Shown here one piece after another: positions 51,343 through 63,639 of a stretch of 64,000 nt of DNA. Under the pieces are notes generated by a model that had not been told where the DNA came from, did not search any database, and saw only the letters and a program-made list of their open reading frames with translations. Position numbers and translations under genes: made by a program. Source of the stretch: Callorhinchus milii (taxonomy: Eukaryota); NCBI RefSeq assembly GCF_018977255.1, contig NW_024704742.1, positions 132,992,001-133,056,000 of the forward strand, read 5' to 3'. Numbering within the stretch: position 1 is the stretch's first letter; each line of letters begins with the position of its first letter.

Positions 51343-53134
51343 GTCTCTCTCTTTCTCTAAATCTCTTTCTTTTTTCTTTCTCTTTTTCTTTCTCTTTTTT
51401 CCCCTCAATCTCTCTCTCTCTCTCTCTTTCTCTCTCTATTTATTCCTATCCCTTCCACTGTCCTGGCCAACTGAGTAAATAAGTACTTCCTGGTGTTTGT
51501 CCTGAATTTGCCCTTTGCAACTCTGAACCTATGGCCTCTTGTTCTGCTATCCCCCAAATACAATCTGTTATTTACTTTGTGGCTGTTTATGGGAGATTGC
51601 TGTACACAAATTGGCTGCTGCATTCACGCACAAAACACAGTCACTTCACTTTACAGTAAACCCTGTGAGGCGGTTTGGGACGCCCTCCCAATGTGAAAGG
51701 CATAGTACTAATTTTAAGGATTATTTATTATTCTTTCTTACATTCATTAAACCGACATCAATGGAAAGCAAGATTGCGCACAGCGTGACTCAGAGTGAGA
51801 TGCTATGTCTAGCGTGAGATGTGATTTGTTATGAGATGCTCTAAAAGTGCAAGTTCTTGCGTCATTTAAACCAACATCATTGGATCAAAAAACAAAGTTT
51901 AGTGTGACTCAGCCAACAGGCGATTTCTGGCTTTAAGATGTCCTTTCTCCAATAAATGTAACGATTGTGTCATCAAAGATTGATGAACACTTTCTAAGCA
52001 CCCGGTGATCTTGTGTAGGTTTCGGTGACTAAATCTGACTCGGGCGAAACATTATCCTACAATTTAAAATATAGCTCGGTGATGTACAGGCAAAAACAGA
52101 TGCAGCAGGGAGACAGGGCTTGCATTTCACTGCGTCTCGATGAGGACACATTTCATTTCCAAAAGAAGTTGAAAAGCCAGCAATTTTCACGGGGAATTTT
52201 TCCCTGACTTGCTTTCCTGCAGAGTTACTGTAAATCACAAGGAACCGTCTGACCCCCTTTTGATGTGATATTTTCACCCGTCTTTAATTTAACAGAGGAC
52301 ATTAGCCGAATAACGTTGCCCGGTTTTAATGGATTGTCTGGGTAATTTGTAGTGAAAGGTCTGGACTATGGGAATAGAATGCTAATGGCCCTGTCAAATG
52401 TGGATAGGATGAGCTTGGGAGGGCTGTTCTCTCACAGCACTGCCAAAAGAAAATAAACCTTGTTTGCCTTCAGAATAGGATACACTTGAAAGCTGGCTTT
52501 AACGATCACTTGGGACAAGAAAGGATGTGAACGTGAAACCAATGGCCACGGGTGGTTTGCTTGAAGGAAGCAGGTAGAAGCCAATGGGACATGGTGGGAC
52601 TGAAGGCGTAGAAGTGCAGGATGGAGTCGGAATTCCTGAAGAAAGCATTAGCTGTCATGGATACTGTTCCCTTGTTGGCCAGGTCACCTCTTTGTGTTAA
52701 CCCTTTAGGAGCTCGAGAAGCATTTGAGCTGTGGTCTGTGCGGCGCTCTGAAATCCAGATGGGGGAAACGTTGCTGTGTTGCTTTTATTTTTAGGATTTT
52801 GTTTTACGTTTTATCCTTACTTTGATCGTCAGTTCCTCTGGTGCAGTTCTCATACATGCTCAGTACACGAACAGCACAAGTTTTGTACATACCTAGTACA
52901 TGTCTGACACAGATCATGTACTTACAAGGAGCACATCTGGCACAGGTCTCCTCCTGGTCTTTCACCAGTCTGCTGAAGATTTGGCCCTGAACCAGTGGTT
53001 AATGGCCCCACACAGACTCCACCAACCCCGCTGTTTGAGTCAGATTTTAACTTGCATCCAAGTGACAAAGCAACAGTGTTAGGAATACTGTAATATAAAC
53101 ATTTACTGCAAAAGATAGGGGTACAAATCACAGT

Positions 53135-53520
53135 GTGCTTGGATTAGTTGGTTGCATTCTTGCTTTTGAATCAGAAGGTTGTCCAGACTTGGAACTCACT
53201 AAGTCGATACCGAAATTCCTGTGCAGTGCTAGTTAGAGTTGGCATCCTTCGGATTAGATGCTAAACCGAGGCCCTGTCTGTCTGTTCAGGTGGACGTTAA
53301 AGATCCCATCTCTTTACTGTGCTGTTCAACGATTCCCAGTTAAAATTGGTCATTCGCTTTGTGGTTGTTTGTGAGAAATTGCTATGTGCAAATTGGCTGC
53401 CTTGTTAGCCTACAAAATATAGAGTATCTACATTTTTACAGTAAAATGCGGTGAAGCACTTTGAGAGGTTTGGATGACATGAAGAGGTGCTATATGAAAT
53501 GCAAAGGAGTATTATTATTT
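53135..53520 (+). mobile_element. Deu-domain SINE copy
   Basis: AAACCGAGGCCCTGTCTGTCTGTTCAGGTGGACGTTAAAGATCCCA and tail. Confidence 0.75.
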
Positions 53521-54614
53521 GCATTGGTTTGTTCTTCAAAGTAGGCCAGTCAATATAGAGTCTACTGACTGACTGGGTGGGGGCAGGGTCATACGGGGGG
53601 GAGAGGGGGGTGGGGAGATTTCTACAGTGTTTGTCTCTAATTACTTTATTTACTGTGCAGCTTCAGTGTTCACCTCACAGTAATGATATATTAATGTCAA
53701 AGGGTTATGTTTTCAATTCTCGACGGCAGATCCCAGAATAGCTATAAAATGTGATAGGTCGTGGCAGGAAGAAGATCACACGCACCATTACCAATACAGA
53801 ATAAGCAATCGCCTGTCGTGTGAAAGATTGTGAAATAAGAGATGTAAGATATGGAAGAGAAATACCAATCAGACAGAAAACCATCAGTGATTTCAGGTTC
53901 ATCCTCAGTAAAGGATTGCTCCCACTGTAAGTTAAACTGGAGTCCTGAAGCATATTGGTTACAGAATTCATCTCACAAGTGAGATGCTCCAGGTTTGATT
54001 CCCGTGGATACCAAATTATCATAATTATAACAACAACAACCCCCTTATTTGATATAAAGTCATATAATACCAGGGAATTTCCACAAAGTGTAGTGACTTT
54101 ATTTGCAGACAAACACAGGAGTCAATTAGCACACAGCAAGCACACAGAAACAGCCATAAAACGAATGATCAATTAATTTGGAGGATTGTTGGCCAGGGCT
54201 TTGGGATGAACTCCCTTCTCTTCTCAAATAGTGCCATGGGATCTTTAACATCCACCTGAATAGGCAGATGGGACCTCAGACCATTCGATGGACAAAGTAA
54301 TGTCTTAAAGGTCTGTACTTTGTCAGATTAGTAAGTACATTTTTCTTGCTGTATTTGAAACATACTTGTGGTTAAAGAGAGAGAGAGAGAAAGAGAGAGA
54401 GAGTGCATTTAATGCATCCTGTAATTTGTTCTGCAGTGAAATATTGGAAGATCTTTGCTTGTTATAAATAGCATTCATTGCCATCCACTATCAAATGAAC
54501 TGAAACATAAGGTCATATCTTACAAGGACCAGAGTTATCGATCACAGAGATTGTTGTGAGGTTTCGTAATCATAAGACAATACAATTTCAGCTCCATAAT
54601 TTTGAAATATGGAA

Positions 54615-55105
54615 GTGTCAGTCTGGCTCAGTTGGTAGCACTCTCACCTCTGAGTCAGAAGGTTATGAGTTCAAGCTCCACGTCGGGGCTTTGAACTGGA
54701 GGTGGGGTGTAGAACACTGTATTGTTAGAGGTGCCTCCATTCAGTTGAATCTTTAAACCAAAGTCTCATCTGTTCAGGTGACGTTAAAGATCTCACTTAA
54801 TCGAAAAGAAAAGGCCATTTCTCCCGGTGTCCTGGCCACCAATTCCCCAGATAAAATTGTTGAGTCACTTCATGGCTGTTTGTCGTGCGTGAATTCACAT
54901 TGTTATTCTGTGCTTGGTAAAAGGGATTGAAAGGATTACTCACGAAAGAACCAGCACAGACACTTTGCCTGAACGAACTTCTGTGCTATCAATTTTTATG
55001 ATTCTAAATCAGCTTAGAAAATACACAGTCACTACACTTTACATAGCTTTGAGATGGCCTTTCAACATGAAAGGCGCTGCATCAAATGCAAGCATTATTA
55101 TTCTA
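54615..55105 (+). mobile_element. Deu-domain SINE with an inserted CR1 3'UTR piece
   Basis: Well-preserved head GTGTCAGTCTGGCTCAGTTGGTAGCACTCTCACCTCTGAGTCAGAAGG. CR1-like piece at ~54915-55008. Confidence 0.75.
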
Positions 55106-58100
55106 AATAAGGACAACAAAAAGAGGATAGGAAATACATCTTTTTTTAGTGATGGGCATGTGGAACAGATTTTGAGCACAGGTGGTGGAAAGGTACACTA
55201 CAAAGAGTTGCTAAAGAGGAACTGGACCAGTTGCTATGGAGCAAAAGGATTCAAAGATATTGGATTTGGAAGTAGATACATTGAAAGAGTCATGTGGAAA
55301 ATAGGATTGGTGGACTAATGGCTTCCTCCTGCCTCCAATTGTTATGTTAAAATAAAAATCATATTCCACTCCGGAAAGGGAATTTAGTGAGATTTTCCTG
55401 TATTCTTACATGTGCAGTAATCATAGAGACCCCAAAATTACATCTGTTAGCCTGTAAAGACTATTTTGTCTTAAAATGTAAGATGATAATCATAATAATA
55501 ATCCTTACATTTGGCATAGCGCCTTTTACGTAAGGAGGAAATCTCACAGTGTTTACTATAAAGTGCAGTGTGTTTTGTGGGCAAATGTGCAGAGAATTGA
55601 AAATAGAATCAGTCATTCACTTCACGGCTGTTTGTGGGACATTTGCTGTGCTCACATTGGCTGCCACGTTCATCCACAAAATGCACAATCGCTCCACTTC
55701 ACAGTAAAACCCTGTCAAGCACTTTGTGACGTCTTGGAGACATGATGAGGCACTATTTCAAATGCAAGGATGGTTATTTTAATATTATTGTGGAAATTTT
55801 TGAAACAGTCTCAATTTGAAGAACGGTAGAAGGGGAGTTGAGTGGACCTGACGGCTGTCCGTGATGTCCACCCAAATCACAAATCATACAGGACGGAATT
55901 TAAAGATCTGTTTGTCTAAGTTTAAGTCATTTCCCTTGTTTTTGCCTTTCCCCCCAATCCCAAGTGAAAGACATCGCTGGGAAATGGCCAAATTCTTCAA
56001 CACAACCTTAATTTTGCACTTTTCGCCCACAAAACACACAGTATGCCTTGCAGTATATTCTGTGGAGCGCTTTGAGACGTCTCGAAGATCTGATAAGGCG
56101 CTATATCAAATGCAAGGACTATCATGATTACTGTATAACCGTTGCTGTTTTTGTACAGCTGCCCAGTGTAAAAGAATGGCAGGCTTGTGCCCATGAAATT
56201 GCTGAGGCCTGTAGCATTTTTCTTTTGCTTTTGATTCAATTTAGGTTGGTAGGTATCTGGCTTGCTCGTGTTCAAGCTGCTTATTCTCAGTCTGTTTCAA
56301 ATTCAATATAAATGAAATGTTGGAAGTTTCTTTTTTGCAAGTCGGCGAGGGAAGCGAGAGAGCGAGCGAGTGAGTTGTGGCACATTCCCTGAGCACCGCA
56401 GACTCACAGCAGTCTTTTCGGTTACCCGGTGATTTAAATGCGGCAATTCTGAAAGTTCAGCAATGTGGAAAGCCTTGAGAAAGTAGGTGTCCATTTCAAA
56501 AAAAAATACCCGGCACAGCATGATTTGTAGTTGAATTGTAAATTTTAAAGTAATCTACTGCAGGGTCTTTCTCCTTCAAATCTTTAACTTGAAATTTTAT
56601 TTTTTTCTTTCTTCCTTCCTCTCTCTCTCTCTCTCTCTCGCTCTCTTTTTTGTTCCTTCTTTCTTTCCGGCTTTTTTATTCCTTCATTCCTGCCTTCCTA
56701 TTATCGGCAGGAATACAGTGCATTTTAAAAATGAAATGGAGCACTGCTGATGTGAAAGGCTCCATATCAATATCACTGCTCTTCATGTGACTGCTAGCCT
56801 GTGCCACAAATGTCCCGCAAACAAGCATAAGAGGATCACTGCGCTGCTGGCTTGCGTGATGCAACCTGTTAATAGTTGTCTGTCAATCCAGGCTGCAACG
56901 TTGCCACGTCAGGAGCCACAGCCACATTTGCAATGAAAAAGAAAACGTCACAGTGGGCAGTCGGTGCACCGTACAACATGTTTCCCAACACAGTGCACTC
57001 ACTGCACATAGCAAACACGTTACTCTTCCACTATGTTGTAGTCTAATCCATACAGAGTTAATTGCTGTCAACATCTCCATTATTGTAGCATGTGATTTCC
57101 AGGATGGTAGAAGGTGAACTAGATGGACCTTGTTTTTCTCATCCAACAATTCCTTTGATCCTAAGTTTCTACGTTACCCGGGAGGGATAGGGAGGGAAGA
57201 GGCAGAGGATTGAGTGCTGTAACGTGATAATTATTATCATATCACATCCCGCATTCTCCATTTTTTCGCTTAACTCCTCCTGCCACTCTTCCTGATTTTG
57301 GATAAACACGGCAGCCAATCTGCCCTCGTAAAGCCCTACATGAAAGAACGAGTCTATCAGCAACCAATGTTTTGTGTGACATGCCCTGCACTGGCTCGCT
57401 CAAACACAACATATTTCAAACGGAAAAAGGACAGATTATAAAGCTGGATTGAACACAACATGGAACAAACCACATCAAGCAGATGAGAACCTGGGGCGAA
57501 ATCAGCACAAAGACCGTGCTGTCGATGCCAAGGACAATTTTTTCGTAGTTAACGTTCCGTTCTTTAAGCCAAAGTTGAACCCTTTGGAAATACAACAACA
57601 ACAAAATTACATTGGTATATTAGCGCTTGTTGTTATTATATTTCCACCCTCCCCCACCCCGTTTTAAAAAAAAAATTGCTTACAAATGTAAAAGGCTCAT
57701 TTTCAATTAGTGGTAGATCAGCGCTGGATGATATGAATAACATTGTGGGATGTTTTGGTAGAATTTGGCTTAGTGCTTCCCAGCTAACTTTCCTGCTGCC
57801 CATGGCCAGAGGAAGAGGTTATTGATGAGGCTTTGGATGGGCCTCTTGTTAGACAGAACCGTGGAGGAAAAGGTGAGCGGTACTGTGGCGGGGAGGGGGT
57901 TTGTGGGGGGTAGGATGGGGGAACAGGACGAAAACGAGTAGCTCAAGAAAGAAGCAGTTATGTTTGTGCTGTCCTCTGGGTTTGCAGTCTTGGCATGATT
58001 TCCTGTACTGAGGCCAAGGCCACAACAAAAGCAACCGCATTGCAGAACACTTGATTTCGCTCTTGGCTCTTTATCTTATGCAACTGACTGTGAGCAGGAC

Positions 58101-58469
58101 TAGAGTTTAGGACGGGGAACGGAAGATTAATCTTTGCCCCACCACCTCACCCACCTCACTACCACCGCCAGAAAATCCACCTGACTATTTTTTTCATTCT
58201 CCCCGGGTAAGCTCCAGGTAAGCAGTTCAGATACTGCACTCACTACGTCATGTTCGTCTTTGCTGTGTGAGTGCAGCAAACACTCACCACAATCTTCTAT
58301 CGAAATTTGACTTTAAAGATAGTTATTTGCAATCACCAGCCGTGTTTCTGGCCTCATTTAAATCCAGACGACCATATGGATTTCGGTCAATCTATTCTCG
58401 TTCCCCCCTCCACCAGAATCTCTGTAGATCTCTCCACCGCCATCCCATATGAATCTTTTTAAATGCATC

Positions 58470-58855
58470 TGCCTGGCTCAGTCTCTTACCTCCTGATCAG
58501 AAGGTTGTGAGTTCAAGCCCCATGTCAGGACTTTGAGCTCCACAGTCTAGACTGAAATTGAGGGAGGTTGAGGTATTGTCAGAGGTGCTGTACCTTCGGA
58601 TGAGACGTTAAACCGAGGTCACGTCTGTTTATTCTTAGTGGATCACATGGAGCTTCTCCCTGGGTCCTGGCCAACAATTCCCCAAATAAAATTGATCATT
58701 TGCTGCATGGTGGTTTGTGGGACATTGCTATGAGCAAATGGACTGCCCCGTTTGCCTGCAAATACACAGTCACTGCATTTTACAGTAAAATCTTGTGATG
58801 TGCTATGAGACTTCTTGAAAAGGTGTAAGATCAAATGCAGGAATTATTATTATTA
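58470..58855 (+). mobile_element. Deu-domain SINE copy
   Basis: Head, CCTTCGGATGAGACGTTAAACCGAGG, and tail. Confidence 0.8.
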
Positions 58856-59225
58856 AAACTAACACACAGCACATCACTGGTGACTATTCACAGCCTCTGT
58901 TTTGCCCTCGTGATGAGTGCAGCTATTAATCTGCCACTTCATTGCACGGTTTGATGCTTCGAAAGCAAACCAGTGCAGCCACTTATTGCTAGAAGACTTC
59001 ATGCTAAAGTAATAATTTCCTGGCACAGCGCAGGTCAGAATAACTTCAATGCAAGTTTACTACGAATGTTCCAAAAATAGCTACTTAAGGACGCAATGAC
59101 CGTGGCAGTGTGAGTGTTCTTGGAATATTAATCTGCGAGTTGATATCTGAAACCACTGATTACTTGGTCCCACCTCAACTCCTCTTAACACTGCAAGCTG
59201 AAGCTTTAAAGAGTAAGGTTATGAG

Positions 59226-59610
59226 GAGTCCCGAAGTGTAGTGGTTAGAGCTCTTGCCTTGTAAGTGAGATGAACTGGGTTCGATTCCTGGGCAGGGTGA
59301 AATCTTATGCAAGTTTCCTTACTCCATGCGCCTTTGTCTACTTAGCAGTAACTAGGAGCCCGGTTATTAGTCGATTGGCGGATCGCTTTCCCGGGGTAAT
59401 AATCCCTCCAAAAAAATAGTTGGTCCCTCAATCAACGACCGTTTGTGGGGGTCTTATTATGTCTCAAGCAAGACGTAAATAAGGCTGCCGCATTTCACCC
59501 ACAAAATACACAGTCAATTCAATTTACAAATTATTCTGTGAAGCACTTTGAGATGTATTTGAGATGTAATAAGACGCTTTATCAAATGCAGGGATCATTA
59601 TTATTATTAT
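59226..59610 (+). mobile_element. tRNA-derived CORE-like SINE, long form
   Basis: GGAGTCCCGAAGTGTAGTGGTTAGAGC...GGGTTCGATTCC head, body and tail. Confidence 0.85.
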
Positions 59611-60417
59611 CATCAGGTGGTTCTAGCTGGACGAGCAGCAAGAAGCCAGATAGGTTTTGCAAAGGCAAATTGCACATTTTTTTTGCTGGTTGAACCCGAA
59701 CTCTGCTGCAACACTCACGCTAAGGTCCCCAAGTCTCGCCTCTTGCCAACCTACACTTAAATTTGTGGGATTAGGTGAGTAGGGAGCTTCCCACTGGGCA
59801 GAGAGGGCCCATTCCATACCAGTCAAGGAGAAGTGACTACACACCGTGGCTGATTCTGTTATACCGCAGGGGTTTGGGTTGATAAACTCATATCCCACAC
59901 TGGAATCAAAGGAGACAGCCTGTGATTAAAAGGGGTGTAAATCTAATCTAATCAAATCTAATCTGTGGAAACACTATTTCAGTGAGCGAGTGGTAAATCT
60001 ACAGAGCAGGCTCCCTTGGGAGACGATCCAAACCGAAAGTGTCGACTCATTCAAATGTAAATTAGATCCATTTATTTTAGAAAATAATATTTGGGATACA
60101 GTAGATGAGAAATTTGAGGCATGACATATAGTGAGTACAGTTTATTTGGAAGAACAAGGCAACCTTGGATCTAAGGTTCCCAATGTTCTCCACTCTGTTG
60201 TAGACTAATCCATACAGAATTAATTGCTATCATAATTTCCATTATTGTAGCATGCGACTATCAAGAACTATCAGGTAGGAGAAGTAGGTCCTTTGTCGCT
60301 TATAACTGGGCACACAAAAAATATGTCTGCCAGTCAGCGCTTCTGAGATATTGGGTTGGTGCTGACTTTCTGTGAAAATTTATATCAGCTGCGGTTGTTG
60401 TACATGGTGCAAATTCG

Positions 60418-60720
60418 GGTGTCAGTCTGGTTCAGATGGTAATGCTCTCATCTCTGAATCAAAAGGTTGGGGTTTCAAGCCCCATAATGGGATTTTACGA
60501 TTGTAGTCTAGGTTGACACTCCAATATATAATGCTGGGGATACTCTGCATTGTTGGAAGTGCCATCGTTGCAGTTCTAAGGTCCTGTCTGCCTATTCAGG
60601 TGGACCTTAAACATCTCAGGGCATCACTTGAACAGCGAAGGGATTTTCTCCTGGTGTCCTGCACAAGACTCCCTCAAACACAAGGATTATTATTATCAAA
60701 TGCAAGGATAATAACAATAA
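60418..60720 (+). mobile_element. Deu-domain SINE, internally truncated
   Basis: Head GGTGTCAGTCTGGTTCAGATGGTAATGC, Deu segment, then a short duplicated tail. Confidence 0.75.
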
Positions 60721-61544
60721 AAAAAATTAGTAGTAGTAAAAAAAATTTGCACCATGTACAACAACCGCAGCTGATATAAAATAAGTAGCTCACAACAGAG
60801 TGGAGTTCCCATGGGTTGGTGAGACGCACTTCCAGGTTCCCAAAAGAGTTTTGTTTGCGAAATACGGATCCTTTAATTAAAGAAATCCCATTAAGAAGTA
60901 CCACAAATTAGACCCCTATGTGTATCTTCTTACATTACTAGCCACTGGTGCTTGTGTAAAAGCAGCCTGAATCCAGCCTATAAAATGTAAGACAGAGCCC
61001 AGGGACTCTCAGGTTCTTTGAATAACTATTTCTTTCCCCTTTTTAAAAGTGCAGACTGAATATGTTTTCCATTAGAGAATAATAATAAGAATTATATTTA
61101 CCGCTTTCTTGTATTGCTGTATAGTGGGGTTAAGCATCTGGGAGTCATCAAATGCAAAGGAGGCATGTTATAAGCCAGAACAGATATGTCATACCACTTA
61201 TGCAATTTTTTTAAACATTTTTTTTCCGGGAATACTACAGACTCAATCTAAACATCTCCTGGCTTTTAAGAGATGTGCGAGTCTGTTTTCAGGGGCTGTT
61301 GAACTCCAGCGATCAATACACTTTGGTTTTGATCTTCGTTAATGCTATGAAAGCTTTGCACAGCGGGTGCGGCAGTGTTAGAAGTGGTGACGATCAAAAA
61401 CCCTTCAGAACTGCCACTTCTCAAACAGGCTGATATCAATATGCGATCTCCCATCTCACCCCTTGCACCCCTCCGTCCCCGTCACCCCCACCTACCCATA
61501 CCCCCAACTAAATCACAGCAGCAGCTTGAGACTGTAGATATCAG

Positions 61545-61930
61545 GGAGTCCCGTAGCACACTGGTAAGTAAACTCATCTCACAAGCGAGAGGACCGGGTT
61601 CGATTCCAGGCGGGATTAAGCCTTAGGCAAGTTTCCTTACTCCCCACACCTTTGTTTACCTAGCAGTAAGTAGGAACCCAGTTGTTAGTCGATTTGCGGA
61701 TTGCTTACCGGGGTTAATAATTCCTCAAAAAAAAACATTTGGTCACTTAATTCATGACTGTTTGTGGGACACTGCTGTGCGCAATTGGCAGCCGCATTTT
61801 GCCGACAAAATACACAGTCAATTCACTTGACCACATAACCTTGTGGTTAAAATATATTCTGTGAAGCACTTTTAGACTTCTCAGCGACGTAATAAGGTTC
61901 TATATCAAATGCAAGGATTATTATTATTAC
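61545..61930 (+). mobile_element. tRNA-derived CORE-like SINE, long form
   Basis: GGAGTCCCGTAGC...GGGTTCGATTCC head, full body and tail. Confidence 0.85.
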
Positions 61931-62007
61931 TAATATTGTCTCTGAAGGAAGGCTGCCATAGCTTTGACTCCATCTTCCTAAAGGGAGGGGATCGTATTGA
62001 CTCCTCA

Positions 62008-62435
62008 TGTCAGGCAGGCTCAGTCGGTCACTCACTCGCCTCTGAGCCACAAGGTTATGTGGTCAAGCTCAACTTCAGCACTTTGAGCTCCCAGTTCAGG
62101 CTGACACTCTAGTGCAGTGCTGGGGGTATTCTGCACTGTTGGAAGTGTCGTTTTTCAGATGGGACGTTAACCCAAGGTCCCATCTAATTGTCCAATTGGA
62201 CGTTAAAAATCCAATGGCACTATTCGAAAAGTGAAGTGAGTTTCTCTCAATCTGACCAACAATCTCCTGAAATAAATTTGGTTGTTCCCTTCATGATCCT
62301 TTGTGTCATGAAGTGTGCAAATTGGTTGCTGCATTCACCTACAAAATCATTACATTTTACAGTATATCTTGTGACGCTCTCTGAGACGTCCTCCAAACAA
62401 GAAAGGCGCTGTATCAAATGTAAAGATTATTATTA
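62008..62435 (+). mobile_element. Deu-domain SINE copy
   Basis: Diverged head, Deu segment and tail. Confidence 0.7.
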
Positions 62436-62543
62436 GTATGAAATGGCACAAATATCACCCATCAGTACAGATGTGATGTGAAAGGCAACAAAATACATTG
62501 GATTTGTTCAGCTTTCTAATAAAAAATGTTCTTTTTTTATATT

Positions 62544-62901
62544 GGAGTTCTGTAGCTCAGCGGTTAGAGCACTCGCCTCGCAAGCGAGAGACCTGGGTTC
62601 GATTCCTGGCAGGATGAAATGTTGGGCAAGCTTCCTTGCTCTACAAGCCTCTGTTTAGCTAGCAGTAAGTAGTTAGTTGATTGGCGGATCGCTTTTCCGG
62701 GGGTAATTCCTTCCAAAAAAAATAATAATAATAAATTGGTCACTTCAATCTACGACTATTCATGGGACACTGTGCGAAATTGCTGCCACATTTTGCCCAC
62801 AAAATATACAGTCAATTCATCTTACAGTATATTCTGTGAAGCGCTTTGAGACGTCTAGAAGACGTAATAAGGCGCTATATCAAATGCATGGATTATTATT
62901 A
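62544..62901 (+). mobile_element. tRNA-Ala CORE-like SINE, long form
   Basis: GGAGTTCTGTAGCTCAGCGGTTAGAGCACTCGCCTCGCAAGCGAGAGACCTGGGTTCGATTCC. The anticodon-like loop reads CGC (Ala). Confidence 0.9.
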
Positions 62902-62914
62902 TATAAAGGGATAT

Positions 62915-63205
62915 GGCATGAAAGCAAGGCATTCAGCCCAACTAGTCCATGCCAATATTTATATTCCACAAGAGTATACCCCTCTCTTCCTTTCGCCTCA
63001 TTTATCCTTCGAGTTTCCTCTTAAATAGATTTATACTTTTTGCTTCAACCACAGCTTCCCACAGTGAGTACCATATTCTCACCACCCCCTCCTAAACTCT
63101 CCTTTAGATCTACAACTAGCTACTCTATATTTATAACCCTCTAGTTTTGGACTCACCAAAAATTGGAAACAGCCTATTCCCGTCCACCTTATCAAATCCT
63201 TCATC
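62915..63205 (-). mobile_element. Old CR1 3' fragment
   Basis: CATTCAGCCCAACTAGTCCATG, TTTTTGCTTCAACCAC, CCATATTCTCACCACC and CCACCTTATCAAATCC are reverse-complement CR1 3' motifs. Confidence 0.6.
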
Positions 63206-63639
63206 TTAAAAATGTAACCAAGGAGTTCTGTGCTGTGCTCTGAGTAGTGTCAGAGGACAGCACAGAACTCCTTGGTTACATTTTTAACTATTGTTAGCTT
63301 GGCTTTGCTTCCTAAGACGATTCCTTGCACTGGGAGGCAGTAAGGAAGGCTGCATTTGCTCAGAGTGTGATGCTGGAGCTTTGAAGGGCATAGTAGGGAA
63401 TTGTAGGGAATAGGAGAGGGGAATAGGAGAGGGAAATAGGAGGGTATAGGAAAGGGGAATAGGAGGAATGGGGGCTTGAGTGGGATATAAACACTATCAT
63501 GGACTAGTTGGGCTAAATGGTGTGTTTTCATCCAATATCAGAACAATACTCTAGGATGCATCAAGGTGTAGAGCAAGTTGACATAGGTTTAGAGTTGCAA
63601 TTTCAGGACAGTCACCAGGAAGTTTTTCTTTACCAAGTG

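Noticed and set aside
62544..62615. tRNA-Ala gene (also at 13409, 45412, 63640)
   Set aside because: The tRNA-like heads run straight into SINE bodies, and I see no clean acceptor stem or terminator.
63206..63287. miR-148/152 homolog or piggyBac element
   Set aside because: The 3' arm shares TCAG..ACAGAACT but lacks the CAGTGCA seed. The terminal TTAA is self-complementary and so expected in any such palindrome, and there are no CCC/GGG ends.
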